DNA from: Auanema rhodensis
Taxonomy: Eukaryota > Animalia > Nematoda
DNA length: 64,000 bases
Direction of reading: 5' to 3'
Assembly: GCA_964057225.1 (NCBI GenBank)
Contig: OZ059898.1
Location: 15,934,001-15,998,000 of the forward strand
Of the stretch, positions 12,401 to 25,226 are shown piece after piece (position 1 is the stretch's first letter; every line of letters begins with the position of its first letter). The notes beneath the pieces were generated by a model. The model did no database searches. It saw nothing but the letters and a program-made list of their open reading frames with translations, and was not told where the DNA came from. The position numbers and the translations under genes were made by a program.

Positions 12401-15400
12401 ACAACGTAACTACAGCCTGAACTTTTTTGTGAACCAATTTTCTGGATGTGGTCGAGATAAACCCCTTTTCCGGAGAAAAGAGAGGTCCTTGTTAATTCTC
12501 ATTCAGAAATTCAGAATCTACACATCTCAATACCTAACTTATCAGTTTTTTCATTTGATCTTAGTTGATCATCTTGAAGAAAAGCGAACATTCACCGGAC
12601 ACTTCGTGACTACAGCCTGAACTTTTTCGTGAACCAATTTTCTGGATGTGGTCGAGATAAACCCCTTTTCCGGAGAAAAGACAGGTCCTTGTTAATTCTC
12701 ATTCAGAAATTCAGAATCTACACATCTGAATACCCAACATGTTAGTATTTTTATTCGATCTTAGTTGATCATCGAAAAAAAAAGCGAACATTCACCGGAC
12801 ACAACGTGACTACAGCCTGAACTTTTTTGTGAACCAATTTTCTGGATGTGGTCGAGATAAACCCCTTTTCCGGAGAAAAGAGAGGTCCTTGTTAATTCTC
12901 ATTCAGAAATTCAGAATCTACACATCTGAACACCCAACTTGTTAGTATTTTAATTCGATCTTAGTTGATCATCGAAAAGAAAGGCGAACATTCACCGGAC
13001 ACTTCGTGACTACAGCCTGAACGTTTTTGTGAACAAATTTTCTGGATGTGGTCGAGATAAACCCCTTTTCCGGAGAAAGGAGAGGTCCTTGTCAATTCTT
13101 ATTCAAAAATTCAGAATCTACACATCTGAATACCCAACTTGTTAGTATTTTAATTCGATCTTAGTTTATCATCGAAAAGAAAGGCGAACATTTACCGGAC
13201 ACTTCGTGACTACAGCCTGAACTTTTTTGTGAACAAATTTTCTGGATGTGGTCGAGATGAATCCCTTTTCCGGAGAAAAGAGAGGTCCTTGTTAATTCTC
13301 ATTTAGAAATTCAGAATCTACACATCTGAATACCCAACAAGTTAGTATTTTTATTCGATCTTAGTTGATCATCGAAAAGAAAAGCGAACATTTACCGGAC
13401 ACTTCGTGACTACAGCCTGAACTTTTTTGTGAACAAATTTTCTGGATGTGGTCGAGATAAACCCCTTTTCCGGAGAAAAGAGAGGTCCTTGTTAATTCTC
13501 ATTCAGAAATTCAGAATCTATACATCTGAATACCCAACATGTTAGTATTTTTATTCGATCTTAGTTGATCATCGAAAAGAAAAGCGATCATTTACCGGAC
13601 ACAACGTGACTACAGCCTGAACTTTTTTGTGAACCAATTTTCTGGATGTGGTCGAGATAAACCCCTTTTCCGGAGAAAAGAGAGGTCCTTGTTAATTCTC
13701 ATTTAGAAATTCAGAATCTACACATCTCAATACCTAACTTATCAGTTTTTTCATTTGATCTTAGTTGATCATCTTGAAGAAAAGCGAACATTCACCGGAC
13801 ACTTCGTGACTACAGCCTGAACTTTTTCGTGAACCAATTTTCTGGATGTGGTCGAGATAAACCCCTTTTCCGGAGAAAAGAGAGGTCCTTGTTAATTCTC
13901 ATTCAGAAATTCAGAATCTAAACATCTGAATACCCAACATGTTAGTATTTTTATTCGATCTTAGTTGATCATCGAAAAGAAAAGCGAACATTTACCCGAC
14001 ACTTCGTGACTACAGCCTGAACTTTTTTGTGAACCAATTTTCTGGATGTGGTCGAGATAAACCCCTTTTCCGGAGAAAAGACAGGTCCTTGTTAATTCTC
14101 ATTCAGAAATTCAGAATCTACACATCTGAATACCCAACATGTTAGTATTTTTATTCGATCTTAGTTGATCATCGAAAAGAAAAGCGAACATTTACCCGAC
14201 ACTTCGTGATTACAGCCTGAACTTTTTTGTGAACCAATTTTCTGGATGTGGTCGAGATAAACCCCTTTTCCGGAGAAAAGAGAGGTCCTTGTTAATTCTC
14301 ATTCAGAAATTCAGAATCTACACATCTCAATACCCAACTTATCAAATTTTTTATTTGAGCTTAGTTGATCAACTTGAAGAAAAGCGAACATTCACCGGAC
14401 ACTTCGTGACTACAGCCTGAACTTTTTTGTGAACAAATTTTCTGGATGTGGTCGAGATAAACCCCTTTTCCGGAGAAAAAAGAGGTCCTTGTTAATTCTC
14501 ATTCAGAAATTCAGAATCTACACATCTGAATACCCAACTTATCAGTTTTTTTATTTGATCTTAGTTGATCATCTTGAAGAAAAGCGAACATTCACCGGAC
14601 ACTTCGTGACTACAGCCTGAACTTTTTCGTGAACCAATTTTCTGGATGTGGTCGAGATAAACCCCTTGTCCGGAGAAAAGAGAGGTCCTTGTTAATTCTC
14701 ATTTAGAAATTCAGAATCTACACATCTCAATACCTAACTTATCAGTTTTTTTATTTGATCTTAGTTGATCATCTTGAAGAAAAGCGAACATTTACCGGAC
14801 ACTTCGTGACTACAGCCTGAACTTTTTTGTGAACCAATTTTCTGGATGTAGTCGAGATAAACCCCTTTTCCGGAGAAAAGACAGGTCCTTGTTAATTCTC
14901 ATTCAGAAATTCAGAATCTACACATCTGAATACCCAACATGTTAGTATTTTTTTTCGATCTTAGTTGATCACCGAAAAGAAAAGCGAACATTCACCGGAC
15001 ACAACGTGACTACAGCCTGAACTTTTTTGTGAACCAATTTTCTGGATGTGGTCGAGATAAACCCCTTTTCCGGAGAAAAGAGAGGTCCTTGTTAATTCTC
15101 ATTCAGAAATTCAGAATCTACACATCTGAATACCCAACATGTTAGTATTTTTATTCGATCTTAGTTGATCATCGAAAAGAAAAGCGATCATTTACCGGAC
15201 ACAACGTGACTACAGCCTGAATTTTTTTGTGAACCAATTTTCTGGATGTGGTCGAGATAAACCCCTTTTCCGGAGAAAAGAGAGGTCCTTGTTAATTCTC
15301 ATTTAGAAATTCAGAATCTACACATCTGAATACCCAACATGTTAGTATTTTTATTCGATCTTAGTTGATCATCGAAAAGAAAAGCGATCATTTACCGGAC

Positions 15401-18400
15401 ACAACGTGACTACAGCCTGAACTTTTTTGTGAACCAATTTTCTGGATGTGGTCGAGATAAACCCCTTTTCCGGAGAAAAGAGAGGTCCTTGTTAATTCTC
15501 ATTTAGAAATTCAGAATCTACACTTCTCAATACCTAACTTATCAGTTTTTTCATTTGATCTTAGTTGATCATCATGAAGAAAAGCGAACATTCACCGGAC
15601 ATTTCGTGACTACAGCCTGAACTTTTTCGTGAACCAATTTTCTGGATGTGGTCGAGATAAACCCCTTTTCCGAAGAAAAGAGAGGTCCTTGTTAATTCTC
15701 ATTCAGAAATTCAGAATCTACACATCTGAATACCCAACATGTTAGTATTTTTATTCGATCTTAGTTGATCATCGAAAAGAAAAGCGAACATTTACCGGAC
15801 ACTTCGTGACTACAGCCTGAACTTTTTTGTGAACCAATTTTCTGGATGTAGTCGAGATAAACCCCTTTTCCGGAGAAAAGACAGGTCCTTGTTAATTCTC
15901 ATTCAGAAATTCAGAATCTACACATCTGAATACCCAACATGTTAGTATTTTTTTTCGATCTTAGTTGATCACCGAAAAGAAAAGCGAACATTCACCGGAC
16001 ACAACGTGACTACAGCCTGAACTTTTTTGTGAACCAATTTTCTGGATGTGGTCGAGATAAACCCCTTTTCCGGAGAAAAGAGAGGTCCTTGTTAATTCTC
16101 ATTCAGAAATTCAGAATCTACACATCTGAATACCCAACATGTTAGTATTTTTATTCGATCTTAGTTGATCATCGAAAAGAAAAGCGATCATTTACCGGAC
16201 ACAACGTGACTACAGCCTGAATTTTTTTGTGAACCAATTTTCTGGATGTGGTCGAGATAAACCCCTTTTCCGGAGAAAAGAGAGGTCCTTGTTAATTCTC
16301 ATTTAGAAATTCAGAATCTACACATCTGAATACCCAACATGTTAGTATTTTTATTCGATCTTAGTTGATCATCGAAAAGAAAAGCGATCATTTACCGGAC
16401 ACAACGTGACTACAGCCTGAACTTTTTTGTGAACCAATTTTCTGGATGTGGTCGAGATAAACCCCTTTTCCGGAGAAAAGAGAGGTCCTTGTTAATTCTC
16501 ATTTAGAAATTCAGAATCTACACTTCTCAATACCTAACTTATCAGTTTTTTCATTTGATCTTAGTTGATCATCTTGAAGAAAAGCGAACATTCACCGGAC
16601 ACTTCGTGACTACAGCCTGAACTTTTTCGTGAACCAATTTTCTGGATGTGGTCGAGATAAACCCCTTTTCCGAAGAAAAGAGAGGTCCTTGTTAATTCTC
16701 ATTCAGAAATTCAGAATCTACACATCTGAATACCCAACATGTTAGTATTTTTATTCGATCTTAGTTGATCATCGAAAAGAAAAGCGAACATTTACCGGAC
16801 ACTTCGTGACTACAGCCTGAACTTTTTTGTGAACCAATTTTCTGGATGTAGTCGAGATAAACCCCTTTTCCGGAGAAAAGACAGGTCCTTGTTAATTCTC
16901 ATTCAGAAATTCAGAATCTACACATCTGAATACCCAACATGTTAGTATTTTCTTTCGATCTTAGTTGATCACCGAAAAGAAAAGCGAACATTCACCGGAC
17001 ACAACGTGACTACAGCCTGAACTTTTTTGTGAACCAATTTTCTGGATGTGGTCGAGATAAACCCCTTTTCCGGAGAAAAGAGAGGTCCTTGTTAATTCTC
17101 ATTCAGAAATTCAGAATCTGCACATCTGAATACCCAACATGTTAGTATTTTTATTCGATCTTAGTTGATCATCGAAAAGAAAAGCGATCATTTACCGGAC
17201 ACAACGTGACTACAGCCTGAACTTTTTTGTGAACCAATTTTCTGGATGTGGTCGAGATAAACCCCTTTTCCGGAGAAAAGAGAGGTCCTTGTTAATTCTC
17301 ATTCAGAAATTCAGAATCTATACATCTCAATACCCAACTTATTAGTTTTTTTATTTGATCTTAGTTGATCATCTTGAAGAAAAGCGAACATTCACCGGAC
17401 ACTTCGTGACTACAGCCTGAACTTTTTTGTGAACAAATTTTCTGGATGTGGTCGAGATAAACCCCTTTTCCGGAGAAAAGAGAGGTCCTTGTTAATTCTC
17501 ATTCAGAAATTCAGAATCTATACATCTGAATACCCAACATGTTAGTATTTTTATTCGATCTTAGTTGATCATCGAAAAGAAAAGCGAACATTTACCCGAC
17601 ACTTCGTGACTACAGCCTGAACTTTTTTGTGAACCAATTTTCTGGATGTGGTCGAGATAAACCCCTTTTCCGGAGAAAAGAGAGGTCCTTGTTAATTCTC
17701 ATTTAGAAATTCAGAATCTACACATCTCAATACCCAACTTATCAGTTTTTTTATTTGATCTTAGTTGATCATCTTGAAGAAAAGCGAACATTCACCGGAC
17801 ACTTCGTGACTACAGCCTGAACTTTTTCGTGAACCAATTTTCTGGATGTGGTCGAGATAAACCCCTTTTCCGGAGAAAAGAGAGGTCCTTGTTAATTCTC
17901 ATTTAGAAATTCAGAATCTACACATCTCAATACCCAATATGTTAGTATTTTTATTCGATCTTAAATGATCATCGAAAAGAAAAGCGAACATTTACCCGAC
18001 ACTTCGTGACTACAGCCTGAACTTTTTTGTGAACCAATTTTCTGGATGTGGTCGAGATAAACCCCTTTTTCGGAGAAAAGAGAGGTCCTTGTTAATTCTC
18101 ATTTAGAAATTCAGAATCTACACATCTCAATACCCAACTTATCAGTTTTTTTATTTGATCTTAGTTGATCATCTTGAAGAAAAGCGAACATTCACCGGAC
18201 ACTTCGTGACTACAGCCTGAACTTTTTCGTGAACCAATTTTCTGGATGTGGTCGAGATAAACCCCTTTTCCGGAGAAAAGAGAGGTCCTTGTTAATTCTC
18301 ATTCGGAAATTCAGAATCTATACATCTGAATACCCAATATGTTAGTATTTTTATTCGATCTTAAATGATCATCGAAAAGAAAAGCGAACATTTACCCGAC

Positions 18401-21400
18401 ACTTCGTGACTACAGCCTGAACTTGTTTGTGAACCAATTTTCTGGATGTGGTCGAGATAAACCCCTTTTTCGGAGAAAAGAGAGGTCCTTGTTAATTCTC
18501 ATTTAGAAATTCAGAATCTACACATCTCAATACCTAACTTATCAGTTTTTTTATTTGATCTAAGTTGATCATCTTGAAGAAAAGCGAACATTCACCGGAC
18601 ACAACGTGACTACAGCCTGAACTTTTTTGTGAACCAATTTTCTGGATGTGGTCGAGATAAACCCCTTTTCCGGAGAAAAGAGAGGTCCTTGTTAATTCTC
18701 ATTTAGAAATTCAGAATCTACACATCTGAATACCCAACATGTTAGTATTTTTATTCGATCTTAGTTGATCATCGAAAAGAAAAGCGATCATTTACCGGAC
18801 ACAACGTGACTACAGCCTGAACTTTTTTGTGAACCAATTTTCTGGATGTGGTCGAGATAAACCCCTTTTCCGGAGAAAAGAGAGGTCCTTGTTAATTCTC
18901 ATTTAGAAATTCAGAATCTACACATCTCAATACCTAACTTATCAGTTTTTTCATTTGATCTTAGTTGATCATCTTGAAGAAAAGCGAACATTCACCGGAC
19001 ACTTCGTGACTACAGCCTGAACTTTTTCGTGAACCAATTTTCTGGATGTGGTCGAGATAAACCCCTTTTCCGGAGAAAAGACAGGTCCTTGTTAATTCTC
19101 ATTCAGAAATTCAGAATCTACACATCTGAATACCCAACATGTTAGTATTTTTATTCGATCTTAGTTGATCATCGAAAAGAAAAGCGAACATTTACCCGAC
19201 ACTTCGTGACTACAGCCTGAACTTTTTTGTGAACCAATTTTCTGGATGTGGTCGAGATAAACCCCTTTTCCGGAGAAAAGACAGGTCCTTGTTAATTCTC
19301 ATTCAGAAATTCAGAATCTACACATCTGAATACCCAACATGTTAGTATTTTTATTCGATCTTAGTTGATCATCGAAAAGAAAAGCGAACATTTACCCGAC
19401 ACTTCGTGACTACAGCCTGAACTTTTTTGTGAACCAATTTTCTGGATGTGGTCGAGATAAACCCCTTTTCCGGAGAAAAGACAGGTCCTTGTTAATTCTC
19501 ATTCAGAAATTCAGAATCTACACATCTGAATACCCAACATGTTAGTATTTTTATTCGATCTTAGTTGATCATCGAAAAGAAAAGCGAACATTTACCCGAC
19601 ACTTCGTGACTACAGCCTGAACTTTTTTGTGAACCAATTTTCTGGATGTGGTCGAGATAAACCCCTTTTCCGGAGAAAAGACAGGTCCTTGTTAATTCTC
19701 ATTCAGAAATTCAGAATCTACACATCTGAATACCCAACATGTTAGTATTTTTATTCGATCTTAGTTGATCATCGAAAAGAGAAGCGAACATTCACCGGAC
19801 ACTTCGTGACTACAGCCTGAACTTTTTTGTGAACCAATTTTCTGGATGTGGTCGAGATAAACCCCTTTTCCGGAGAAAAGAGAGGTCCTTGTTAATTCTC
19901 ATTTAGAAATTCAGAATCTACACATCTCAATACCTAACTTATCAGTTTTTTTATTTGATCTTAGTTGATCATCTTGAAGAAAAGCGAACATTCACCGGAC
20001 ACTTCGTGACTACAGCCTGAACTTTTTTGTGAACAAATTTTCTGGATGTGGTCGAGATAAACCCCTTTTCCGGAGAAAAAAGAGGTCCTTGTTAATTCTC
20101 ATTCAGAAATTCAGAATCTACACATCTGAATACCCAACATGTTAGTATTTTTTTTCGATCTTAGTTGATCACCGAAAAGAAAAGCGAACATTCACCGGAC
20201 ACAACGTGACTACAGCCTGAACTTTTTTGTGAACAAATTTTCTGGATGTAGTCGAGATAAACCCCTTTTCCGGAGAAAAAAGAGGTCCTTGTTAATTCTC
20301 ATTCAGAAATTCAGAATCTACACATCTGAATACCCAACTTGTTAGTATTTTAATTCGATCTTAGTTGATCATCGAAAAGAAAGGCGAACATTCACCGGAC
20401 ACTTCGTGACTACAGCCTGAACTTTTTTGTGAACCAATTTTCTGGATGTGGTCGAGATAAACCCCTTTTCCGGAGAAAAAAGAGGTCCTTGTTAATTCTC
20501 ATTCAGAAATTCAGAATCTACACATCTGAATACCCAACATGTTAGTATTTTTATTCGATCTTAGTTGATCATCGAAAAGAGAAGCGAACATTCACCGGAC
20601 ACTTCGTGACTACAGCCTGAACTTTTTTGTGAACCAATTTTCTGGATGTGGTCGAGATAAACCCCTTTTCCGGAGAAAAGAGAGGTCCTTGTTAATTCTC
20701 ATTCAGAAATTCAGAATCTACACATCTGAATACCCAACATGTTAGTATTTTTATTCGATCTTAGTTGATCATCGAAAAGAAAAGCGAACATTTACCCGAC
20801 ACTTCGTGACTACAGCCTGAACTTTTTTGTGAACCAATTTTCTGGATGTGGTCGAGATAAACCCCTTTTCCGGAGAAAAGACAGGTCCTTGTTAATTCTT
20901 ATTTAGAAATTCAGAATCTACACATCTCAATACCTAACTTATCAGTTTTTTTATTTGATCTTAGTTGATCATCTTGGAGAAAAGCGAACATTCACCGGAC
21001 ACTTCGTGACTACAGCCTGAACTTTTTTGCGAACAAATTTTCTGGATGTGGTCGAGATAAACCCCTTTTCCGGAGAAAAGAGAGGTCCTTGTTAATTCTC
21101 ATTCAGAAATTCAGAATCTACACATCTGAATACCCAACATGTTAGTATTTTTATTCGATCTTAGTTGATCATCGAAAAGAAAAGCGAACATTTACCCGAC
21201 ACTTCGTGACTACAGCCTGAACTTTTTTGTGAACCAATTTTCTGGATGTAGTCGAGATAAACCCCTTTTCCGGAGAAAAGACAGGTCCTTGTTAATTCTC
21301 ATTCAGAAATTCAGAATCTACACATCTGAATACCCAACATGTTAGTATTTTTATTCGATCTTAGTTGATCATCGAAAAGAAAAGCGAACATTCACCGGAC

Positions 21401-24152
21401 ACTTCGTGACTACAGCCTGAACTTTTTCGTGAACCAATTTTCTGGATGTGGTCGAGATAAACCCCTTTTCCGGAGAAAAGAGAGGTCCTTGTTAATTCTC
21501 ATTTAGAAATTCAGAATCTACACATCTCAATACCCAATATGTTAGTATTTTTATTCGATCTTAAATGATCATCGAAAAGAAAAGCGAACATTTACCCGAC
21601 ACTTCGTGACTACAGCCTGAACTTTTTTGTGAACCAATTTTCTGGATGTGGTCGAGATAAACCCCTTTTTCGGAGAAAAGAGAGGTCCTTGTTAATTCTC
21701 ATTTAGAAATTCAGAATCTACACATCTCAATACCCAACTTATCAGTTTTTTTATTTGATCTTAGTTGATCATCTTGAAGAAAAGCGAACATTCACCGGAC
21801 ACTTCGTGACTACAGCCTGAACTTTTTCGTGAACCAATTTTCTGGATGTGGTCGAGATAAACCCCTTTTCCGGAGAAAAGACAGGTCCTTGTTAATTCTT
21901 ATTTAGAAATTCAGAATCTACACATCTCAATACCTAACTTATCAGTTTTTTTATTTGATCTTAGTTGATCATCTTGGAGAAAAGCGAACATTCACCGGAC
22001 ACTTCGTGACTACAGCCTGAACTTTTTTGCGAACAAATTTTCTGGATGTGGTCGAGATAAACCCCTTTTCCGGAGAAAAGAGAGGTCCTTGTTAATTCTC
22101 ATTCAGAAATTCAGAATCTACACATCTGAATACCCAACATGTTAGTATTTTTATTCGATCTTAGTTGATCATCGAAAAGAAAAGCGAACATTTACCCGAC
22201 ACTTCGTGACTACAGCCTGAACTTTTTTGTGAACCAATTTTCTGGATGTAGTCGAGATAAACCCCTTTTCCGGAGAAAAGACAGGTCCTTGTTAATTCTC
22301 ATTCAGAAATTCAGAATCTACACATCTGAATACCCAACATGTTAGTATTTTTATTCGATCTTAGTTGATCATCGAAAAGAAAAGCGAACATTCACCGGAC
22401 ACTTCGTGACTACAGCCTGAACTTTTTCGTGAACCAATTTTCTGGATGTGGTCGAGATAAACCCCTTTTCCGGAGAAAAGAGAGGTCCTTGTTAATTCTC
22501 ATTTAGAAATTCAGAATCTACACATCTCAATACCCAATATGTTAGTATTTTTATTCGATCTTAAATGATCATCGAAAAGAAAAGCGAACATTTACCCGAC
22601 ACTTCGTGACTACAGCCTGAACTTTTTTGTGAACCAATTTTCTGGATGTGGTCGAGATAAACCCCTTTTTCGGAGAAAAGAGAGGTCCTTGTTAATTCTC
22701 ATTTAGAAATTCAGAATCTACACATCTCAATACCCAACTTATCAGTTTTTTTATTTGATCTTAGTTGATCATCTTGAAGAAAAGCGAACATTCACCGGAC
22801 ACTTCGTGACTACAGCCTGAACTTTTTCGTGAACCAATTTTCTGGATGTGGTCGAGATAAACCCCTTTTCCGGAGAAAAGAGAGGTCCTTGTTAATTCTC
22901 ATTCGGAAATTCATGATCTATACATCTGAATACCCAATATGTTAGTATTTTTATTCGATCTTAAATGATCATCGAAAAGAAAAGCGAACATTTACCCGAC
23001 ACTTCGTGACTACAGCCTGAACTTTTTTGTGAACCAATTTTCTGGATGTGGTCGAGATAAACCCCTTTTTCGGAGAAAAGAGAGGTCCTTGTTAATTCTC
23101 ATTTAGAAATTCAGAATCTACACATCTCAATACCTAACTTATCAGTTTTTTTATTTGATCTAAGTTGATCATCTTGAAGAAAAGCGAACATTCACCGGAC
23201 ACAACGTGACTACAGCCTGAACTTTTTTGTGAACCAATTTTCTGGATGTGGTCGAGATAAACCCCTTTTCCGGAGAAAAGAGAGGTCCTTGTTAATTCTC
23301 ATTTAGAAATTCAGAATCTACACATCTGAATACCCAACATGTTAGTATTTTTATTCGATCTTAGTTGATCATCGAAAAGAAAAGCGATCATTTACCGGAC
23401 ACAACGTGACTACAGCCTGAACTTTTTTGTGAACCAATTTTCTGGATGTGGTCGAGATAAACCCCTTTTCCGGAGAAAAGAGAGGTCCTTGTTAATTCTC
23501 ATTTAGAAATTCAGAATCTACACATCTCAATACCTAACTTATCAGTTTTTTCATTTGATCTTAGTTGATCATCTTGAAGAAAAGCGAACATTCACCGGAC
23601 ACTTCGTGACTACAGCCTGAACTTTTTCGTGAACCAATTTTCTGGATGTGGTCGAGATAAACCCCTTTTCCGGAGAAAAAAGAGGTCCTTGTTAATTCTC
23701 ATTCAGAAATTCAGAATCTACACATCTGAATACCCAACATGTTAGTATTTTTTTTCGATCTTAGTTGATCACCGAAAAGAAAAGCGAACATTCACCGGAC
23801 ACAACGTGACTACAGCCTGAACTTTTTTGTGAACAAATTTTCTGGATGTGGTCGAGATAAACCCCTTTTCCGGAGAAAAAAGAGGTCCTTGTTAATTCTC
23901 ATTCAGAAATTCAGAATCTACACATCTGAATACCCAACATGTTAGTATTTTTATTCGATCTTAGTTGATCATCGAAAAGAGAAGCGAACATTCACCGGAC
24001 ACTTCGTGACTACAGCCTGAACTTTTTTGTGAACCAATTTTCTGGATGTGGTCGAGATAAACCCCTTTTCCGGAGAAAAGAGAGGTCCTTGTTAATTCTC
24101 ATTCAGAAATTCAGAATCTACACATCTGAATACCCAACATGTTAGTATTTTT
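3413..24152. repeat. 200 bp tandem satellite, ~104 monomers
   Basis: Monomer ACTACAGCCTGAACTTTTTTGTGAACCAATTTTCTGGATGTGGTCGAG...CCGGACACTTCGTG repeats with a strict 200 bp period, except four 199 bp copies near 5421, 5820, 9620 and 10020. Two sequence subtypes are interspersed. Confidence 0.98.
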
Positions 24153-24163
24153 GTTCGCGTTCT

Positions 24164-24200
24164 TCTGGAGTCGAACGCGCTACCATTGCGCCAAGCAGTC
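24164..24200 (-). pseudogene. Truncated tRNA-Trp (5' half only, nt 1-37) at the satellite junction
   Basis: TCTGGAGTCG...CAAGCAGTC is present, but the 3' anticodon stem, T arm and 3' acceptor strand are replaced by the 200 bp satellite. Confidence 0.85.
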
Positions 24201-24363
24201 ATATTAGGGTTGCTTCGAAAGTGTTTCATAGCTGCAAATCTGAAATGCTTCATGAACATAAAAGTGGGAACAGAGTAAAAGTGTTTCATAACTGCAAATC
24301 TGAGATGCTTGATGAACATAAAAGTTAGAACAGAGTAAAATGAAGTTGCATCGACTTGTTTTT

Positions 24364-24368
24364 AAAAA
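24364..24368 (-). terminator. RNA polymerase III terminator (TTTTT), present in nearly every unit
   Basis: The minus strand reads ...GGTCA-AAA-TTTTT-AAAAA: a T5 run 3 nt after the discriminator base. Confidence 0.85.
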
Positions 24369-24371
24369 TTT

Positions 24372-24443
24372 TGACCACTGAGCGGATCGAACGCCCAACC
24401 TTTCGATCTGGAGTCGAACGCGCTACCATTGCGCCAAGCAGTC
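24372..24443 (-). tRNA. tRNA-Trp(CCA), first complete copy (representative of ~120 intact copies)
   Basis: Minus strand reads GACTGCTTGGCGCAATGGTAGCGCGTTCGACTCCAGATCGAAAGGTTGGGCGTTCGATCCGCTCAGTGGTCA. Acceptor stem GACTGCT/AGTGGTC, D stem GCGC/GCGC, anticodon arm TTCGA-CT CCA GA-TCGAA, T arm GGGCG-TTCGATC-CGCTC. No intron and no encoded CCA tail. It matches my recollection of the C. elegans cytosolic tRNA-Trp. Confidence 0.97.
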
Positions 24444-25160
24444 ATATTACGGTTGTTTCGAAAGTGTTTCATAGCTGCAAATCTGAAATGCTTCATGAAC
24501 ATAAAAGTTGGAACAGAGTAAAAGTGTTTCATAACTGCAAATCTGAGATGCTTCATGAACATAAAAGTTGGAACCGAGTAAAAGTGTTTCATAACTGCAA
24601 ATCTGAGATGCTTGATGAACATAAAAGTTAGAACAGAGTAAAATGAAGTTGCATCGACTTGTTTTTAAAAATTTTGACCACTGAGCGGATCGAACGCCCA
24701 ACCTTTCGATCTGGAGTCGAACGCGCTACCATTGCGCCAAGCAGTCATATTAGGGTTGCTTCGAAAGTGTTTCATAGCTGCAAATCTGAAATGCTTCATG
24801 AACATAAAAGTGGGAACAGAGTAAAAGTGTTTCATAACTGCAAATCTGAGATGCTTGATGAACATAAAAGTTAGAACAGAGTAAAATAAAGTTGCATCGA
24901 CTTGTTTTTAAAAATTTTGACCATTGAGCGGATCGAACGCCCAACCTTTCGATCTGGAGTCGAACGCGCTACCATTGCGCCAAGCAGTCATATTAGGGTT
25001 GCTTCGAAAGTGTTTCATAGCTGCAAATCTGAAATGCTTCATGAACATAAAAGTGGGAACAGAGTAAAAGTGTTTCATAACTGCAAATCTGAGATGCTTG
25101 ATGAACATAAAAGTTAGAACAGAGTAAAATGAAGTTGCATCGACTTGTTTTTAAAAATTT

Positions 25161-25226
25161 TGACCATTGAGCGGATCGAACGCCTTCGATCTGGAGTCGA
25201 ACGCGCTACCATTGCGCCAAGCAGTC
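25161..25226 (-). pseudogene. tRNA-Trp copy with a 6 bp deletion (variable loop/T stem) and an acceptor-stem mismatch
   Basis: GAACGCCTTCGATC instead of GAACGCCCAACCTTTCGATC; the unit is 237 bp rather than 243 bp. Also CCATTG instead of CCACTG. Confidence 0.8.

Noticed and set aside
3364-14620. 61-63 aa ORFs within the 200 bp satellite
   Set aside because: Chance open frames in some monomer variants; most monomers have stops in that frame.
24204-24209. TTAGGG hexamer in each tRNA unit
   Set aside because: Single copy per unit, not tandem, and the nematode telomere repeat is TTAGGC; no evidence of telomere addition.
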